A stretch of DNA of 64,000 nt from a virus (lineage: Duplodnaviria; Caudoviricetes): IMG/VR virus record IMGVR_UViG_3300021400_001148, positions 1-64,000 of that record; one strand, given 5' to 3'. The notes under the pieces are model-generated. The model saw only the letters and a list, made by a program, of their open reading frames with translations. It ran no database searches and was not told where the DNA came from. Positions 7,508 to 17,058 of this stretch are shown piece after piece (position 1 is the stretch's first letter; every line of letters starts with the position of its first letter). Position numbers and translations under genes: made by a program.

Positions 7508-8362
7508 ATGGGAAAAATATTGATAATACCAGATGTCCATTCCAGAAACTTCTACAAAGAAGCGGTTTCCAAAATCGATGAATATGAGAAAGTTGTCTTT
7601 CTCGGGGACTACCTTGATGGATATGAATACGAGGGTATTAGCAATGACGAAGGCTATGCCAATCTTTGCGAAATAATTGAACTTAAAAAGAAGAATCCGT
7701 TGAAGGTCATTCTGCTTTTGGGCAATCACGATTGCCATTATATAAAAAACAGTGCTGGCGGTAGCAGGTTCGACTGGCTCAACCACAAAAGAAATCATAA
7801 AACATTTTTGGACAATCTCGAGCAGTTCGATATGGCTTGGGAGACTGATATTGCCGGAAAGCGGTATTATTTTTCCCACGCCGGCATCAGGGAGGGCTGG
7901 CTGAGAAATTATAAATTTCTTTTCAATTGGGTGGACGGTAACAGAACTCTCCCATCCTACATCTTTTTTAATAATTTCCTTCACTCTGAGGTTGAAAGCC
8001 AGCAGGATGCCTTTTTTAAAGCACTTGGTGCGGTTTCCCACCATCGTGGCGGTTGGGGAAGTTCTGGCTCGATGGTCTGGGCTGATGTGCATGAATATTT
8101 TACACCAAGGGGCGACATCTCCAATGAGTTTGATAATGTGTATTTTATTTTCGGCCACACTCAACAAGAAAGTGAACCAATAGTAACCGATTACTTTGCG
8201 TGCCTCGATGTTCGTCGTCCTTTCATTCTTGATGATGAAACAGGAAAAATTTTCGAAATGACTGGCGAAGAAGTCAAAAAGGCTGAACTCAAAATTAAGT
8301 CCGACGAAGAGATGGAGGAGGAACACAAGAGACTTGAACGGGCAATGGCATTTTTCTTTTAG
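7508..8362 (+). CDS. Calcineurin-like metallophosphoesterase
   Basis: PDVH, LGDYLD, LLGNHD, FSHAG and FGHT motifs; TATATTTG promoter upstream. Confidence 0.9.
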   Translation: MGKILIIPDVHSRNFYKEAVSKIDEYEKVVFLGDYLDGYEYEGISNDEGYANLCEIIELKKKNPLKVILLLGNHDCHYIKNSAGGSRFDWLNHKRNHKTFLDNLEQFDMAWETDIAGKRYYFSHAGIREGWLRNYKFLFNWVDGNRTLPSYIFFNNFLHSEVESQQDAFFKALGAVSHHRGGWGSSGSMVWADVHEYFTPRGDISNEFDNVYFIFGHTQQESEPIVTDYFACLDVRRPFILDDETGKIFEMTGEEVKKAELKIKSDEEMEEEHKRLERAMAFFF

Positions 8363-8365
8363 ATT

Positions 8366-9118
8366 ATGGAGAAAGAACAATATATAGGAGTTACAGAGGC
8401 TGGTGAGATTGCATTTATGCTTGATGCCTTTGACCGGCTGTACAAAGGTAATATTATTATCACCAAACGGTTGACTGAACCACTGATTGCAAAATTGGTT
8501 GAAAACAAGGAGAAAATCATTCTACACCTTACATGCACTGGTATGGGTGGTACAAAGATAGAACCACTTGTTCCGAAACTCGAAAAAACCCGCGAGATGT
8601 TTGGAAAACTTCTTGAAGCGGGTTTTCCGGCTGAGCATGTTGTTCTCAGGATAGACCCCATAGTACCAACAGGCAAAGGCTTGAGCACCGCTTTCAATGT
8701 TATGGATTCTTTTGGTGATACTGGAATTAAGCGAGTGCGGGTGTCGTTCCTTGATATGTATGACCATGTAAAGGAAAGGTTTAACGAATCCGGGGTGAAA
8801 CTTCCGTATGAAACATTTCACGAGAAGAGAAAAGTGAGAATTGTGGCATATGAGGAACTTGAAGACTATGGAAAACAATATGGTTTCACATTGGAGGCTT
8901 GCGGTGAGCCGGATATTAAATCTGTTCCATGTCTGTCACAGAAAGATATTGAAATTCTGGGGTTGGAAAACGATATTATACTTGAGGGAAAAAAAGACCA
9001 ACGAAACACTTGCTCCTGTCCGGCCAACAAAAAGGAACTTCTGACTGGTTTCAAACCCCACAGATGCGAAAACAAATGTTTGTATTGTTACTGGAAAGAC
9101 GACGATGGGAAGAACTAA
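8366..9118 (+). CDS. DUF1848 / radical-SAM-like Cys-rich protein
   Basis: LRIDPI motif, QRNTCSC and C-terminal CENKCLYCYW. Confidence 0.6.
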   Translation: MEKEQYIGVTEAGEIAFMLDAFDRLYKGNIIITKRLTEPLIAKLVENKEKIILHLTCTGMGGTKIEPLVPKLEKTREMFGKLLEAGFPAEHVVLRIDPIVPTGKGLSTAFNVMDSFGDTGIKRVRVSFLDMYDHVKERFNESGVKLPYETFHEKRKVRIVAYEELEDYGKQYGFTLEACGEPDIKSVPCLSQKDIEILGLENDIILEGKKDQRNTCSCPANKKELLTGFKPHRCENKCLYCYWKDDDGKN

Positions 9119-9671
9119 AAAAGTGATAATGGCGTTTGAGACGCTGTGTCCGAATACACTTGTGAAGCCTAGTACTATTTGTAGGAATTTCATATGTTAC
9201 GAAGAGAAAGTGATGGAAAACCTCCAAAAGGAGGACCGGAAAGAGGCTTACAAACACGACGAAAACATTCAGCGAGACTTCAATGCTGTGGTGTCTTTTA
9301 AAACTCAGATTCGCAATGGTATGGCAACTGTCGGTGCTGATGATGTTTGTTTGGAGCCGGTTTCACTTGATGCAGAAACCAAAAAGTGCAAGTATATCTA
9401 CAAATTGTGTGACTGGGGAGACCTTAAAAAAACCCCGATATTCGGCTCGAGGGAAAAGATAACCAAGGAAATTTTCCGCCGGGTTAAAAGTGGCCAGATA
9501 CTTTTGAATTTCTTAGGAAAGACGAATAAGGAGACACTGACTGAGGATATGATTTCCAGAATTTTTGATGAGGCACAGATAGAGACCTACGATGTTAATA
9601 TTGTGCCTCTTGGAAAAAATAATACTGAAGGTGATATAATTGGCGTAACAATTTTCAAGAACTTAATCTGA
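9105..9671 (+). CDS. Hypothetical protein
   Basis: ORF overlapping the upstream stop. Confidence 0.65.
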   Translation: MGRTKKVIMAFETLCPNTLVKPSTICRNFICYEEKVMENLQKEDRKEAYKHDENIQRDFNAVVSFKTQIRNGMATVGADDVCLEPVSLDAETKKCKYIYKLCDWGDLKKTPIFGSREKITKEIFRRVKSGQILLNFLGKTNKETLTEDMISRIFDEAQIETYDVNIVPLGKNNTEGDIIGVTIFKNLI

Positions 9672-9734
9672 ATGGCACGCAATTTGTACTAATACAATTG
9701 ATAAAAAGAATATAACTTTTAAAAAAATATTGTT

Positions 9735-10223
9735 ATGAAGAGTTTAAATTTGGTTCCCTTCTTCGCTCCCGTTTTTGGGTGGAACGAATCTGAAAGTTTT
9801 ATTAATGACCTTTTTAACAGTGTTGTTTGGGACGGCAGAGCATTGGATGATATCAACGCGAAACTCTATTCTACACTCGATTTCAAGTTCGATGAGGAAA
9901 GTAAAAAATACACGGCAACACTTTCTGTAGACCCCAATACTCCTATTGCCGGAATCAAGGTTGGTGTGTTGGAAAAAGATGGTATGAAACTCATTACGGT
10001 TTCTACGGAATATACCTCAGAAACCGGAAAAATGTCGACATACACTGAAAACAGTATTCCAAAAGATTTGGATGTCACCACATTGAAGGCGAAAGTGAAA
10101 AAAGGCGTTGTTACGATAACAGGCAACAAGTTGCCGGAGCCGACCAAGCTGCCGGAGCCGACTGAGAAGAAAATAGACACTGCTGGTGACGAGACCGAAT
10201 ATGAACTCGAGATTGACATTTAG
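9735..10223 (+). CDS. Small heat-shock protein (Hsp20/alpha-crystallin)-like
   Basis: IPKDLDVTTLKAKVKKGVVTIT motif; C-terminal LEIDI (IxI); N-terminal 'INDLFN' segment. Confidence 0.7.
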   Translation: MKSLNLVPFFAPVFGWNESESFINDLFNSVVWDGRALDDINAKLYSTLDFKFDEESKKYTATLSVDPNTPIAGIKVGVLEKDGMKLITVSTEYTSETGKMSTYTENSIPKDLDVTTLKAKVKKGVVTITGNKLPEPTKLPEPTEKKIDTAGDETEYELEIDI

Positions 10224-10228
10224 CAACG

Positions 10229-10255
10229 AAAACCACTCTATTTGAGTGGTTTTTT
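10229..10255 (+). terminator. Intrinsic terminator
   Basis: AAAACCACTC/GAGTGGTTTT stem followed by a T run. Confidence 0.8.
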
Positions 10256-10300
10256 GTTTTCAAACGGTTTTGCGAGGGTATTTATATAGAAAAAAACGAA

Positions 10301-11953
10301 ATGAACAACAACACCCTTATTATATCTATGACATCGTACCCTGCAAGAATCAATGGGGTAGCGTCTGTTTGGGAAAGTATACTGAATCAAAACGTTGATA
10401 AAAACGAGTATCATTGTGTTCTGGTACTGGCAGAGCCGGAGTTTCCAGACAAAGTTCTTCCAAAGGATTTACAGGCTATCATAGACAGGGGTGATGTGGA
10501 ACTTATCTGGTATCCTGTTAACATCAGGTCGCACAAGAAACTGATGCCGACACTCAAAAAATACCCGAATAGCCCAATACTTGTGGTGGATGATGACATT
10601 ACAAGAAAAGAGGGCTGGCTCAGAGTATTCATTGATGACCATAAAAAGTACCCGAACGATATTATTACCGGCACATTCCAATATTTCCTTGACGGTGACT
10701 ATAAGTTCCAGAGGATGATAGATTTCAAACAGAAGAACGCCGGTGGGAAGAATCAGGTTCCGGGTATCATTATGAACTTTGCAAGGCCAGCCAATGGCTG
10801 TGCCGGCACTCTGTATCCTGCAGGTACATTTACTGACAAGAGATTTTTTGATGAAAAAAAGATGATGGAGATGTCTCCCACCTCCGACGAGTCATGGCAA
10901 TATGCTTTTAATATAATGGCTGACAAGGTGATGCGTCAGACATCGGTGATTTTTGACGAATCGGAAACAGTTGTTCCGGGTTCGCAGGCCGTACCAACAT
11001 CACTGTATAAAGTAAACAAACTAAAGTATCAGACCATTTTTAATGATTTTGCAAAGGAGTTTCCTGAATTCAAGGAAAAGATGCTGGAACGCCAGAACAG
11101 ATACTATTTTTCGTTGACCTCGTATCCAGCCAGATACAAAAGACTTCCGGAGGTCATAGCATCTTTACTGGAGCAAACCATAAAACCAAAAAAAATACTC
11201 CTCACCCTGACGAAGGAAGAGGAAAACAAACTCACGCCGGAATTAAAGAAGTTTATAGACAATGGCGTGATGGAAATTGTTTGTGCTGACGAGGATTTGA
11301 AACCCCATAAAAAATATTACTATGCAATGAAAAAATATCCGGCAGAGGCAATTATTACAGTAGATGACGATATTGTTTATGCGAAGACAATGGCTGAATC
11401 ACTTCTGAGAGGTTACCATTCCCATCCCAATTGTGTCATAGCAAGAAGGGTGCACAAAATAAGGAAAGACGGGAACGGAAAAATACTCCCCTACAAGCAA
11501 TGGTTGTATGAATGTCAGACAGTTTTAACTCCATCTTTTGAACTTCTGGCTACCGGTGGTGCTGGCACGCTCTATCCACCGAACATACTTGGAATAGACG
11601 GCATTACACCGGAAAGTATTAAGGAGGTCTTGCTGGCCGACGACATATTCCTTAAGCATATCGAGATGTCCCGCGGTATCAAGGTGCTTTTCGTAAAAGA
11701 TGTGAAAGATGAGTACATGAAAGATGAGGAGACTCAGAAATTGGCATTGTACAAATCCAACTGTTCTGGTGGAGGAAATGATAAATACATTAAAGAACTT
11801 GCCAAGGGAACAAAACTGACTGCGGAGGGGAGTAACAATACAAAAAAAGAGGTTGTATTGAAAAAATACAACCCCAAAATAATTCATCATAAAAGAATCC
11901 TTGGTATTGGGAAGCCTGCCTCCAAATCGTGGAAAAATTTTTTTAATGATTAA
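10301..11953 (+). CDS. Tandem two-domain GT-A glycosyltransferase
   Basis: Two homologous halves, each with S(M/L)TSYPAR..., (S/P)HKK, VDDD and GAGTLYP-like motifs; TATTTATA at 10281. Confidence 0.8.
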   Translation: MNNNTLIISMTSYPARINGVASVWESILNQNVDKNEYHCVLVLAEPEFPDKVLPKDLQAIIDRGDVELIWYPVNIRSHKKLMPTLKKYPNSPILVVDDDITRKEGWLRVFIDDHKKYPNDIITGTFQYFLDGDYKFQRMIDFKQKNAGGKNQVPGIIMNFARPANGCAGTLYPAGTFTDKRFFDEKKMMEMSPTSDESWQYAFNIMADKVMRQTSVIFDESETVVPGSQAVPTSLYKVNKLKYQTIFNDFAKEFPEFKEKMLERQNRYYFSLTSYPARYKRLPEVIASLLEQTIKPKKILLTLTKEEENKLTPELKKFIDNGVMEIVCADEDLKPHKKYYYAMKKYPAEAIITVDDDIVYAKTMAESLLRGYHSHPNCVIARRVHKIRKDGNGKILPYKQWLYECQTVLTPSFELLATGGAGTLYPPNILGIDGITPESIKEVLLADDIFLKHIEMSRGIKVLFVKDVKDEYMKDEETQKLALYKSNCSGGGNDKYIKELAKGTKLTAEGSNNTKKEVVLKKYNPKIIHHKRILGIGKPASKSWKNFFND

Positions 11954-11962
11954 CTTTTGGCT

Positions 11963-12276
11963 GTCAATTACCCACGAATGAATTCGTGGGCTTGACGGAA
12001 GCCCGAGGCTCCCATCGATTGGGCGATTGACAACGCCCTGCCGCTCAGGGCGGAGCTGAGAGCGGGTGGTAAATCCTCCGCATTAAAAAAAAACTGTTGT
12101 CCACGCGATGCGTGGTGCCTTGAGCGGATGCTGTTTTGATTTTACCGGCGGGCAGACAGCCCCGCCGAACCGAATATCAAAGAGTTTTTTTAATACAAAT
12201 ATAATAATAAACTAAAAAAAGTTAATTGCAATTCCTCCCAACGGCTAAAGCCGTGGGTTTCCTTGCGGTGGATATC
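11963..12276 (-). mobile_element. Non-autonomous IS200/IS605 (TnpB omegaRNA-type) cassette, copy 1
   Basis: Minus strand reads TCAT|GATATC..GCAAGGAAACCCACGGCTTTAGCCGTTGGGAGGAATTGC ... AAGCCCACGAATTCATTCGTGGGTAATTGAC|; no ORF; homologous to copies 2 and 3. Confidence 0.85.
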
Positions 12277-13162
12277 ATGAAGATTCAGATACACTTGGTG
12301 CGTTAAGTATTATTGTAGTCGTGAGTTCCGGCACGGAAGTAGCCGTACTTGTACCAGTATATACTAGTACTGATGATGTCGAATCACTCCTTAGATGCAG
12401 AGTCACTTGGGACCTAATGCTACAACTACCCGTCGATGGCAGATTCACTTCAAAGTAAGTACCGGATTCCGGACTTAGTTGGTATTTATCTCCTCCAGAT
12501 AATGTTGCAGTGCACGCATAAGGCAACCACAGACCCGACTGCTCGCAAGTTTCAATCATTAAGTCCGCACTTCGAATATTAGTAAATAGCGCGCCACCTT
12601 CAATATTACCAGTATTGAAGGCGAACTGTAGAGTTTTTCTACTGGGAGCTGGGCCTGAGCCTTCTTTGAGTGTCGTACTTCCGGTTACCGCAATATCCTG
12701 TCCGCTGGTGGTGTGTGCAGTAATATAATACTCTAATACAGTATCGCTTGTTATACTGTTGGTAACTTCAACCACAACATCATCACCCGTAATTAAATCA
12801 CGACCGCGTATACATGGTATGTTATTTATGGTGACAGTGGCCCCAAGATATCTTAAGGGTCTTGGTCCGGAAGTATATAGACTGCCGTCGCAAGTAACAC
12901 CCGTAATGCCATACATATCAATTGAAGAAGCACCCGAGGTTGCCCCGAAAGGTACAGTGAGTGATGTTGGCAGTACAAACTTAGCTCCCCCCGCTGCGGC
13001 TTCCAAGTCGTCAGAGTTGACAAAGGTTATTGTTCCGTTTGCATCGGAAGTGTATGTGCTTTTAATTACATCTGGTCCGTCCGGTGTCACCCCTGATATG
13101 GGTTCACCGGTAGTTGCATCTACGAAGGTATAAGTAAAAGAGTCGGGGCTTAGTACTGGCAT
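12275..13162 (-). CDS. Ser/Thr/Gly-rich beta-strand protein, probable virion structural or adhesin protein
   Basis: Composition; carboxypeptidase-regulatory-like N-terminus (VDATTGEPISGV...TSDANGTI); TATTTATA on the minus strand at 13179-13186. Confidence 0.6.
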   Translation of the reverse strand: MPVLSPDSFTYTFVDATTGEPISGVTPDGPDVIKSTYTSDANGTITFVNSDDLEAAAGGAKFVLPTSLTVPFGATSGASSIDMYGITGVTCDGSLYTSGPRPLRYLGATVTINNIPCIRGRDLITGDDVVVEVTNSITSDTVLEYYITAHTTSGQDIAVTGSTTLKEGSGPAPSRKTLQFAFNTGNIEGGALFTNIRSADLMIETCEQSGLWLPYACTATLSGGDKYQLSPESGTYFEVNLPSTGSCSIRSQVTLHLRSDSTSSVLVYTGTSTATSVPELTTTIILNAPSVSESS

Positions 13163-13429
13163 AATATTCTTTTTAATATATAAATATATTCTTTTGTATA
13201 TTTGCAATATGGAAAAAGTGTTAATTAAATTTCAAGAGACTGGTAATGCACAAGAATATTACCGTCAGTGGCCGGTTGCGCTGTTGCCTATTGCCGGAGA
13301 CCATGTTTTTCTGCAAATGTCAGGAGAATCTTCGACCGTTGAATTCAAAGTGATTGAAAGAAAATTTGTTGAAAATTCGCCGGAGTTTATTGTAAAAATT
13401 AAGGTTGCCCGTATTTTTCGAAACTAATT

Positions 13430-13471
13430 GCGCCGAGAATGCGATGTTTCAAGATTTTTTTACTATTTTTG
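13430..13471 (+). promoter_or_regulatory. GCGCC-N29-TAnnTTTG promoter
   Basis: GCGCC at 13430, TATTTTTG at 13464. Confidence 0.65.
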
Positions 13472-14042
13472 CAATATGGAAAAAGATAAAGTACTGAATT
13501 CAATTAAAGAACTGCACAATGAAATTGATGCAACCATCACCGATTTGGTTTCAGCAAGACTCGCTCATGATGAACAAAAAGAAGGTAGGGCTTTGTTTAA
13601 GATGGAGTCGCTTTTAGTTGGTTGTCAGCAAGAACTGAGTTTCCTTTATGATTTCTTTTCAGAGTAGTTATGTATCCCAATCCGTTATATCAACATATCC
13701 CTATTGAAGACCAATACGAGATATTCAAAGAAAAGTGTCTTGATGAAGGTATTGAACCTCCGAGTTTTGAAAAGTTTGCAGAGAGAAATGAACCACGGGA
13801 AATGTATTAACTGTTGGTGGTATCTATCTATCAAAGGTAGAAATTACATTGTTACCAACAGCGGTATAAAAGAGAAATTCGGTAGCGGCAAATGCTATAT
13901 GCACAATGGTGATGTTGATGATTTTACAACTGTTGAGGGAGATAGTTATTGCCCAGATTATTACAATAGAAAACGCGGAAACAAAGAACAAAAGATGACA
14001 CTCGGTGACTGGATTGATAACAAAAGGAATGTTTGATATAAT

Positions 14043-14510
14043 ATGTTAAGACTTACACACCCTTTAACCAACATCAACGGATTTAAAATAGGCGATAAGG
14101 TTCGTTTGAAAGATGGTGACGGAAGACCTCATACCATCAAGTCATTTGCAATTGATGGCTTGAAGGCGTTCTTTTTCGAGGTTGAATTTGAGGATGGAAC
14201 AAGAACTATGCTCGACAACATCTCCTTGCTTCCCTCCAACCTTGACGAAGCGGCAGAAGACATTATGCCGGAAGGATATGGATTTATTGAAGTAGATATA
14301 TACGGCGGTTCAGAAACGATTTATTCAAGGGAGCAAATGCTTGCTATGTTCAAAGCCGGAGCAGAGTGGATGGCAGGGCAGGGAGTTATCGGAGAAGGTG
14401 AAATCACAAAAGATATTAGCAACTCCCTTACTGTATCCGCCAAAATTCCGCTACTGCCAAAGTTTTTTAAATTTGGGGACAAAGTTAGTGTAACTGTTAA
14501 AGAAAAGTGA
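14043..14510 (+). CDS. Hypothetical protein (LPSNLDEAAE...AGAEWMAGQG module)
   Basis: C-terminal module shared with 28567-28935 at both protein and DNA level. Confidence 0.7.
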   Translation: MLRLTHPLTNINGFKIGDKVRLKDGDGRPHTIKSFAIDGLKAFFFEVEFEDGTRTMLDNISLLPSNLDEAAEDIMPEGYGFIEVDIYGGSETIYSREQMLAMFKAGAEWMAGQGVIGEGEITKDISNSLTVSAKIPLLPKFFKFGDKVSVTVKEK

Positions 14511-14954
14511 TATGTGTTTAGTGGTTTTACCGGCCCCGCATTACCTGTATGATTGGGCAAATAGATTGATAGGTGTTAACCCAAAAAAAGCTGGGCTTTT
14601 TGGAAAAAGGTGCTATAAAGTGCTTGTAACAAATGGCGTTGATATTCGTACACCATATAGAGGGGAACGGATATTGTTTACTGGAGGCAAATTTACACAA
14701 GACTCGGGTGTTAAGCACCTATTTCTGCATCGCTCTAAACAAGCCTCCGAGTTTTACTATATTGACATTGGGATACACGGGTTTTGCAATAAAAACGCGG
14801 CCTTAAAGAATATCTCAAATTATTATTCGTGTCCGTTTGGATGCAAACTCTTGGTTGTAAAGGCAAAAATACCGAGAGGTGCAGAATATTATTACGGACT
14901 TGACGGCGAAATCGTTGCAACGAAAATGATATTGTCTACAAAAAGCATTTAAAC

Positions 14955-15401
14955 ATGAGTGAAAAAATTTTATGCTCGGCAATATGGTATAACGATGGTG
15001 AAAAACATGCCCATCAACCAAAAAACATTGAGACTGGCATCGTAGTATGCGGTATGCGGCACTACAATTGTATTGCACTTCTAAAAGAAATTGTACAAAA
15101 AGTCGACAAAAATGCTGAGACCTTTTTGCCTTACTTTAAGGAAAACATACAAGGTTTTCTCACCACCGAAAATAGATTTGTTGACAGGTGGCAGGCAATG
15201 GGGATTGCGTATCACGAACTCCAACTCAACATTCCCGAAAGCGAAGTGCATGGAAGAGTTTTTAGGCGAGAATGGAACCTCGACGAGGTTACTGATTTTC
15301 TTCGAAATAAATGCGAAAGGTTTGTTGGTGAAGAACCAAACAAAATTCGTAAACCGGAGGATTGCCCATTTAGGAGATTACATTCAGAAGACTTATGGTA
15401 G
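14955..15401 (+). CDS. Phage hypothetical protein
   Basis: ILCSAIWY...CGMRH...QGFLT..NRFVDR...HSEDLW pattern, recognised as recurring in phages. Confidence 0.65.
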   Translation: MSEKILCSAIWYNDGEKHAHQPKNIETGIVVCGMRHYNCIALLKEIVQKVDKNAETFLPYFKENIQGFLTTENRFVDRWQAMGIAYHELQLNIPESEVHGRVFRREWNLDEVTDFLRNKCERFVGEEPNKIRKPEDCPFRRLHSEDLW

Positions 15402-16423
15402 CAACACGAGCAGCATCAATACTCATATATCAAGACAAAGTCTTGGTGTGCCATGCCCCTAACCGCAGGCATGGGGAAAACACTTGGGACCTTCCAAAAG
15501 GGCATCGAAATGCCGGTGAGACATATAAACACTGCGCACTCAGAGAACTTTTTGAAGAAACAGGCCTTTCGTTAAAAGACCTACAGTTTAGTAATTCACT
15601 CTTAACCAAGAGGTATGACTATGGGGAGGACAAAATTAAATTTTTACTTCTTCCATTGGAATCCTTTCCTGAGAGAAGACTTACTTGTACTTCATATTTT
15701 GACTGGAAGGGTAAACGGCTTCCGGAAGTTGATGAATTCATATGGTGCCCAGTTGAAGAACTGAAGTATTCACTTTACCCAAAACTTTCCAAAATTGTTC
15801 CGAGTATTTTGGAAGAAAATAAAGAATTATGGAAAAAAAGATTAGTGTTTGGAATTGACTGTGACGAGGTTCTGAGGTGTCTTCTTCAGAACATGGTTGA
15901 TTTGTACAACGAACATTTCGGTGAAACCCTTACGAGGGATGATGTGACGGATTTCGTAGTTGAGAAGTCCTTCCCGAGAGTAGTAGAGGAAACTGGCTCA
16001 ACAGCCTCCAACTGGTTTTTTCAGGAGCACGGTCATGAACTGTTCTATTACTCGGATGCATTTCCGAGAATGAGGGAAAATATTGAGACCCTGCAGAAGT
16101 ACGGCGATGTTATCATTATTACTTACCAGAAAACGTATGCCAATAAAATTGACACTTTGCGGTGGCTAGAAAAGAATGGGATTATCCCTGATGGTATTTG
16201 CTTTTTGAAAAATAAGAGTGTGCTTCACTGTGATTGGTTTGTGGATGACAATCTCTGGAACTTTCAAGGCTGCAACGCTGAACATGGAGTCATTATTGAA
16301 GCACCATACAACAGGGATGTTCCAGTGCAGGACACTCTTTATACAAGTAATTGTAAGATGATGCACAAATTTGTTTCCTTTGATGAATTCGTGCAATGGT
16401 TTGTTGAGAATTATGCAGAGTAA
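15395..16423 (+). CDS. Nudix hydrolase fused to HAD 5'(3')-deoxyribonucleotidase (NT5C-like)
   Basis: Nudix box WDLPKGHRNAGETYKHCALRELFEETG, followed by GIDCDEVL...VDDN...APYN. Confidence 0.8.
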   Translation: MVATRAASILIYQDKVLVCHAPNRRHGENTWDLPKGHRNAGETYKHCALRELFEETGLSLKDLQFSNSLLTKRYDYGEDKIKFLLLPLESFPERRLTCTSYFDWKGKRLPEVDEFIWCPVEELKYSLYPKLSKIVPSILEENKELWKKRLVFGIDCDEVLRCLLQNMVDLYNEHFGETLTRDDVTDFVVEKSFPRVVEETGSTASNWFFQEHGHELFYYSDAFPRMRENIETLQKYGDVIIITYQKTYANKIDTLRWLEKNGIIPDGICFLKNKSVLHCDWFVDDNLWNFQGCNAEHGVIIEAPYNRDVPVQDTLYTSNCKMMHKFVSFDEFVQWFVENYAE

Positions 16424-16576
16424 ACAATGTATCGAAAGTTTTTACAAGGACGGCCTGCCGTTTGTTGCCGGAAATTTTTACGAGTTCGAGTTCAACCCGC
16501 TTGACGGAAGACTGTACATCTATACTGTATGGGGATACACAGATATTTCAATTGAGTTTTTAAATCGGAAATTTAT

Positions 16577-17029
16577 ATGAAAGTGGCTAAAGCAGACCCG
16601 GAGGAATTTGAACGGGTAATGAGATTTGTCAGTTTAATGGAATCATTTTTTGAAGGTCGCTCTTTTTTTTCCTCAGAAGAAGATTGGAGGGATTGGCCTA
16701 ACGACGATGAAGATAAAAAAAGGCTTCTTGAAATTGAGAAAGACCTCGTGGATGCTGGTGAAGCAACTTGGGATGGGCATCCAGACAACCGCCTCATTCT
16801 CTTTGAATTTATCAAAGAAAAATGGAAATATACTAATTGGAGCGGTTCCTTTGGGCGAATTGTAATTGATGCAGAGGTTCTCATTGAAAATGCCTGTGAC
16901 CCTGACTTGGATTACCTTGAGTGGAAACCGGAATTGAAGGCTTTCATTGAGAAACTTGAAGAGGAGAAAAAAGAAAAATGGGCAGGAGAGTTGTTCCCGC
17001 CAGAAGAAAGTTGCGCCGAGAACCAATAA
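16577..17029 (+). CDS. Hypothetical protein
   Basis: ORF; its 3' end overlaps a GCGCC promoter box. Confidence 0.65.
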   Translation: MKVAKADPEEFERVMRFVSLMESFFEGRSFFSSEEDWRDWPNDDEDKKRLLEIEKDLVDAGEATWDGHPDNRLILFEFIKEKWKYTNWSGSFGRIVIDAEVLIENACDPDLDYLEWKPELKAFIEKLEEEKKEKWAGELFPPEESCAENQ

Positions 17030-17054
17030 TTCTCGGTACTTTTTTGTATATTTG
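17013..17054 (+). promoter_or_regulatory. GCGCC-N29-TAnnTTTG promoter with hairpin spacer
   Basis: GCGCC at 17013, TATATTTG at 17047; CCGAGAA/TTCTCGG hairpin in the spacer. Confidence 0.7.
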
Positions 17055-17058
17055 CAAT

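Noticed and set aside
7439-8380. 313-aa minus-strand ORF and other long antisense ORFs
   Set aside because: They are shadows of well-supported plus-strand genes and have no recognisable motifs.
11963-12276. IscB/HEARO interpretation of the repeated cassettes (plus-strand RNA, 3' ATGA TAM)
   Set aside because: The ends are compatible, but the internal promoters, the GGGCGTTGTCAATCGCCC hairpin near the end and the peptide remnants all fit minus-strand TnpB organisation better. Not fully excluded.
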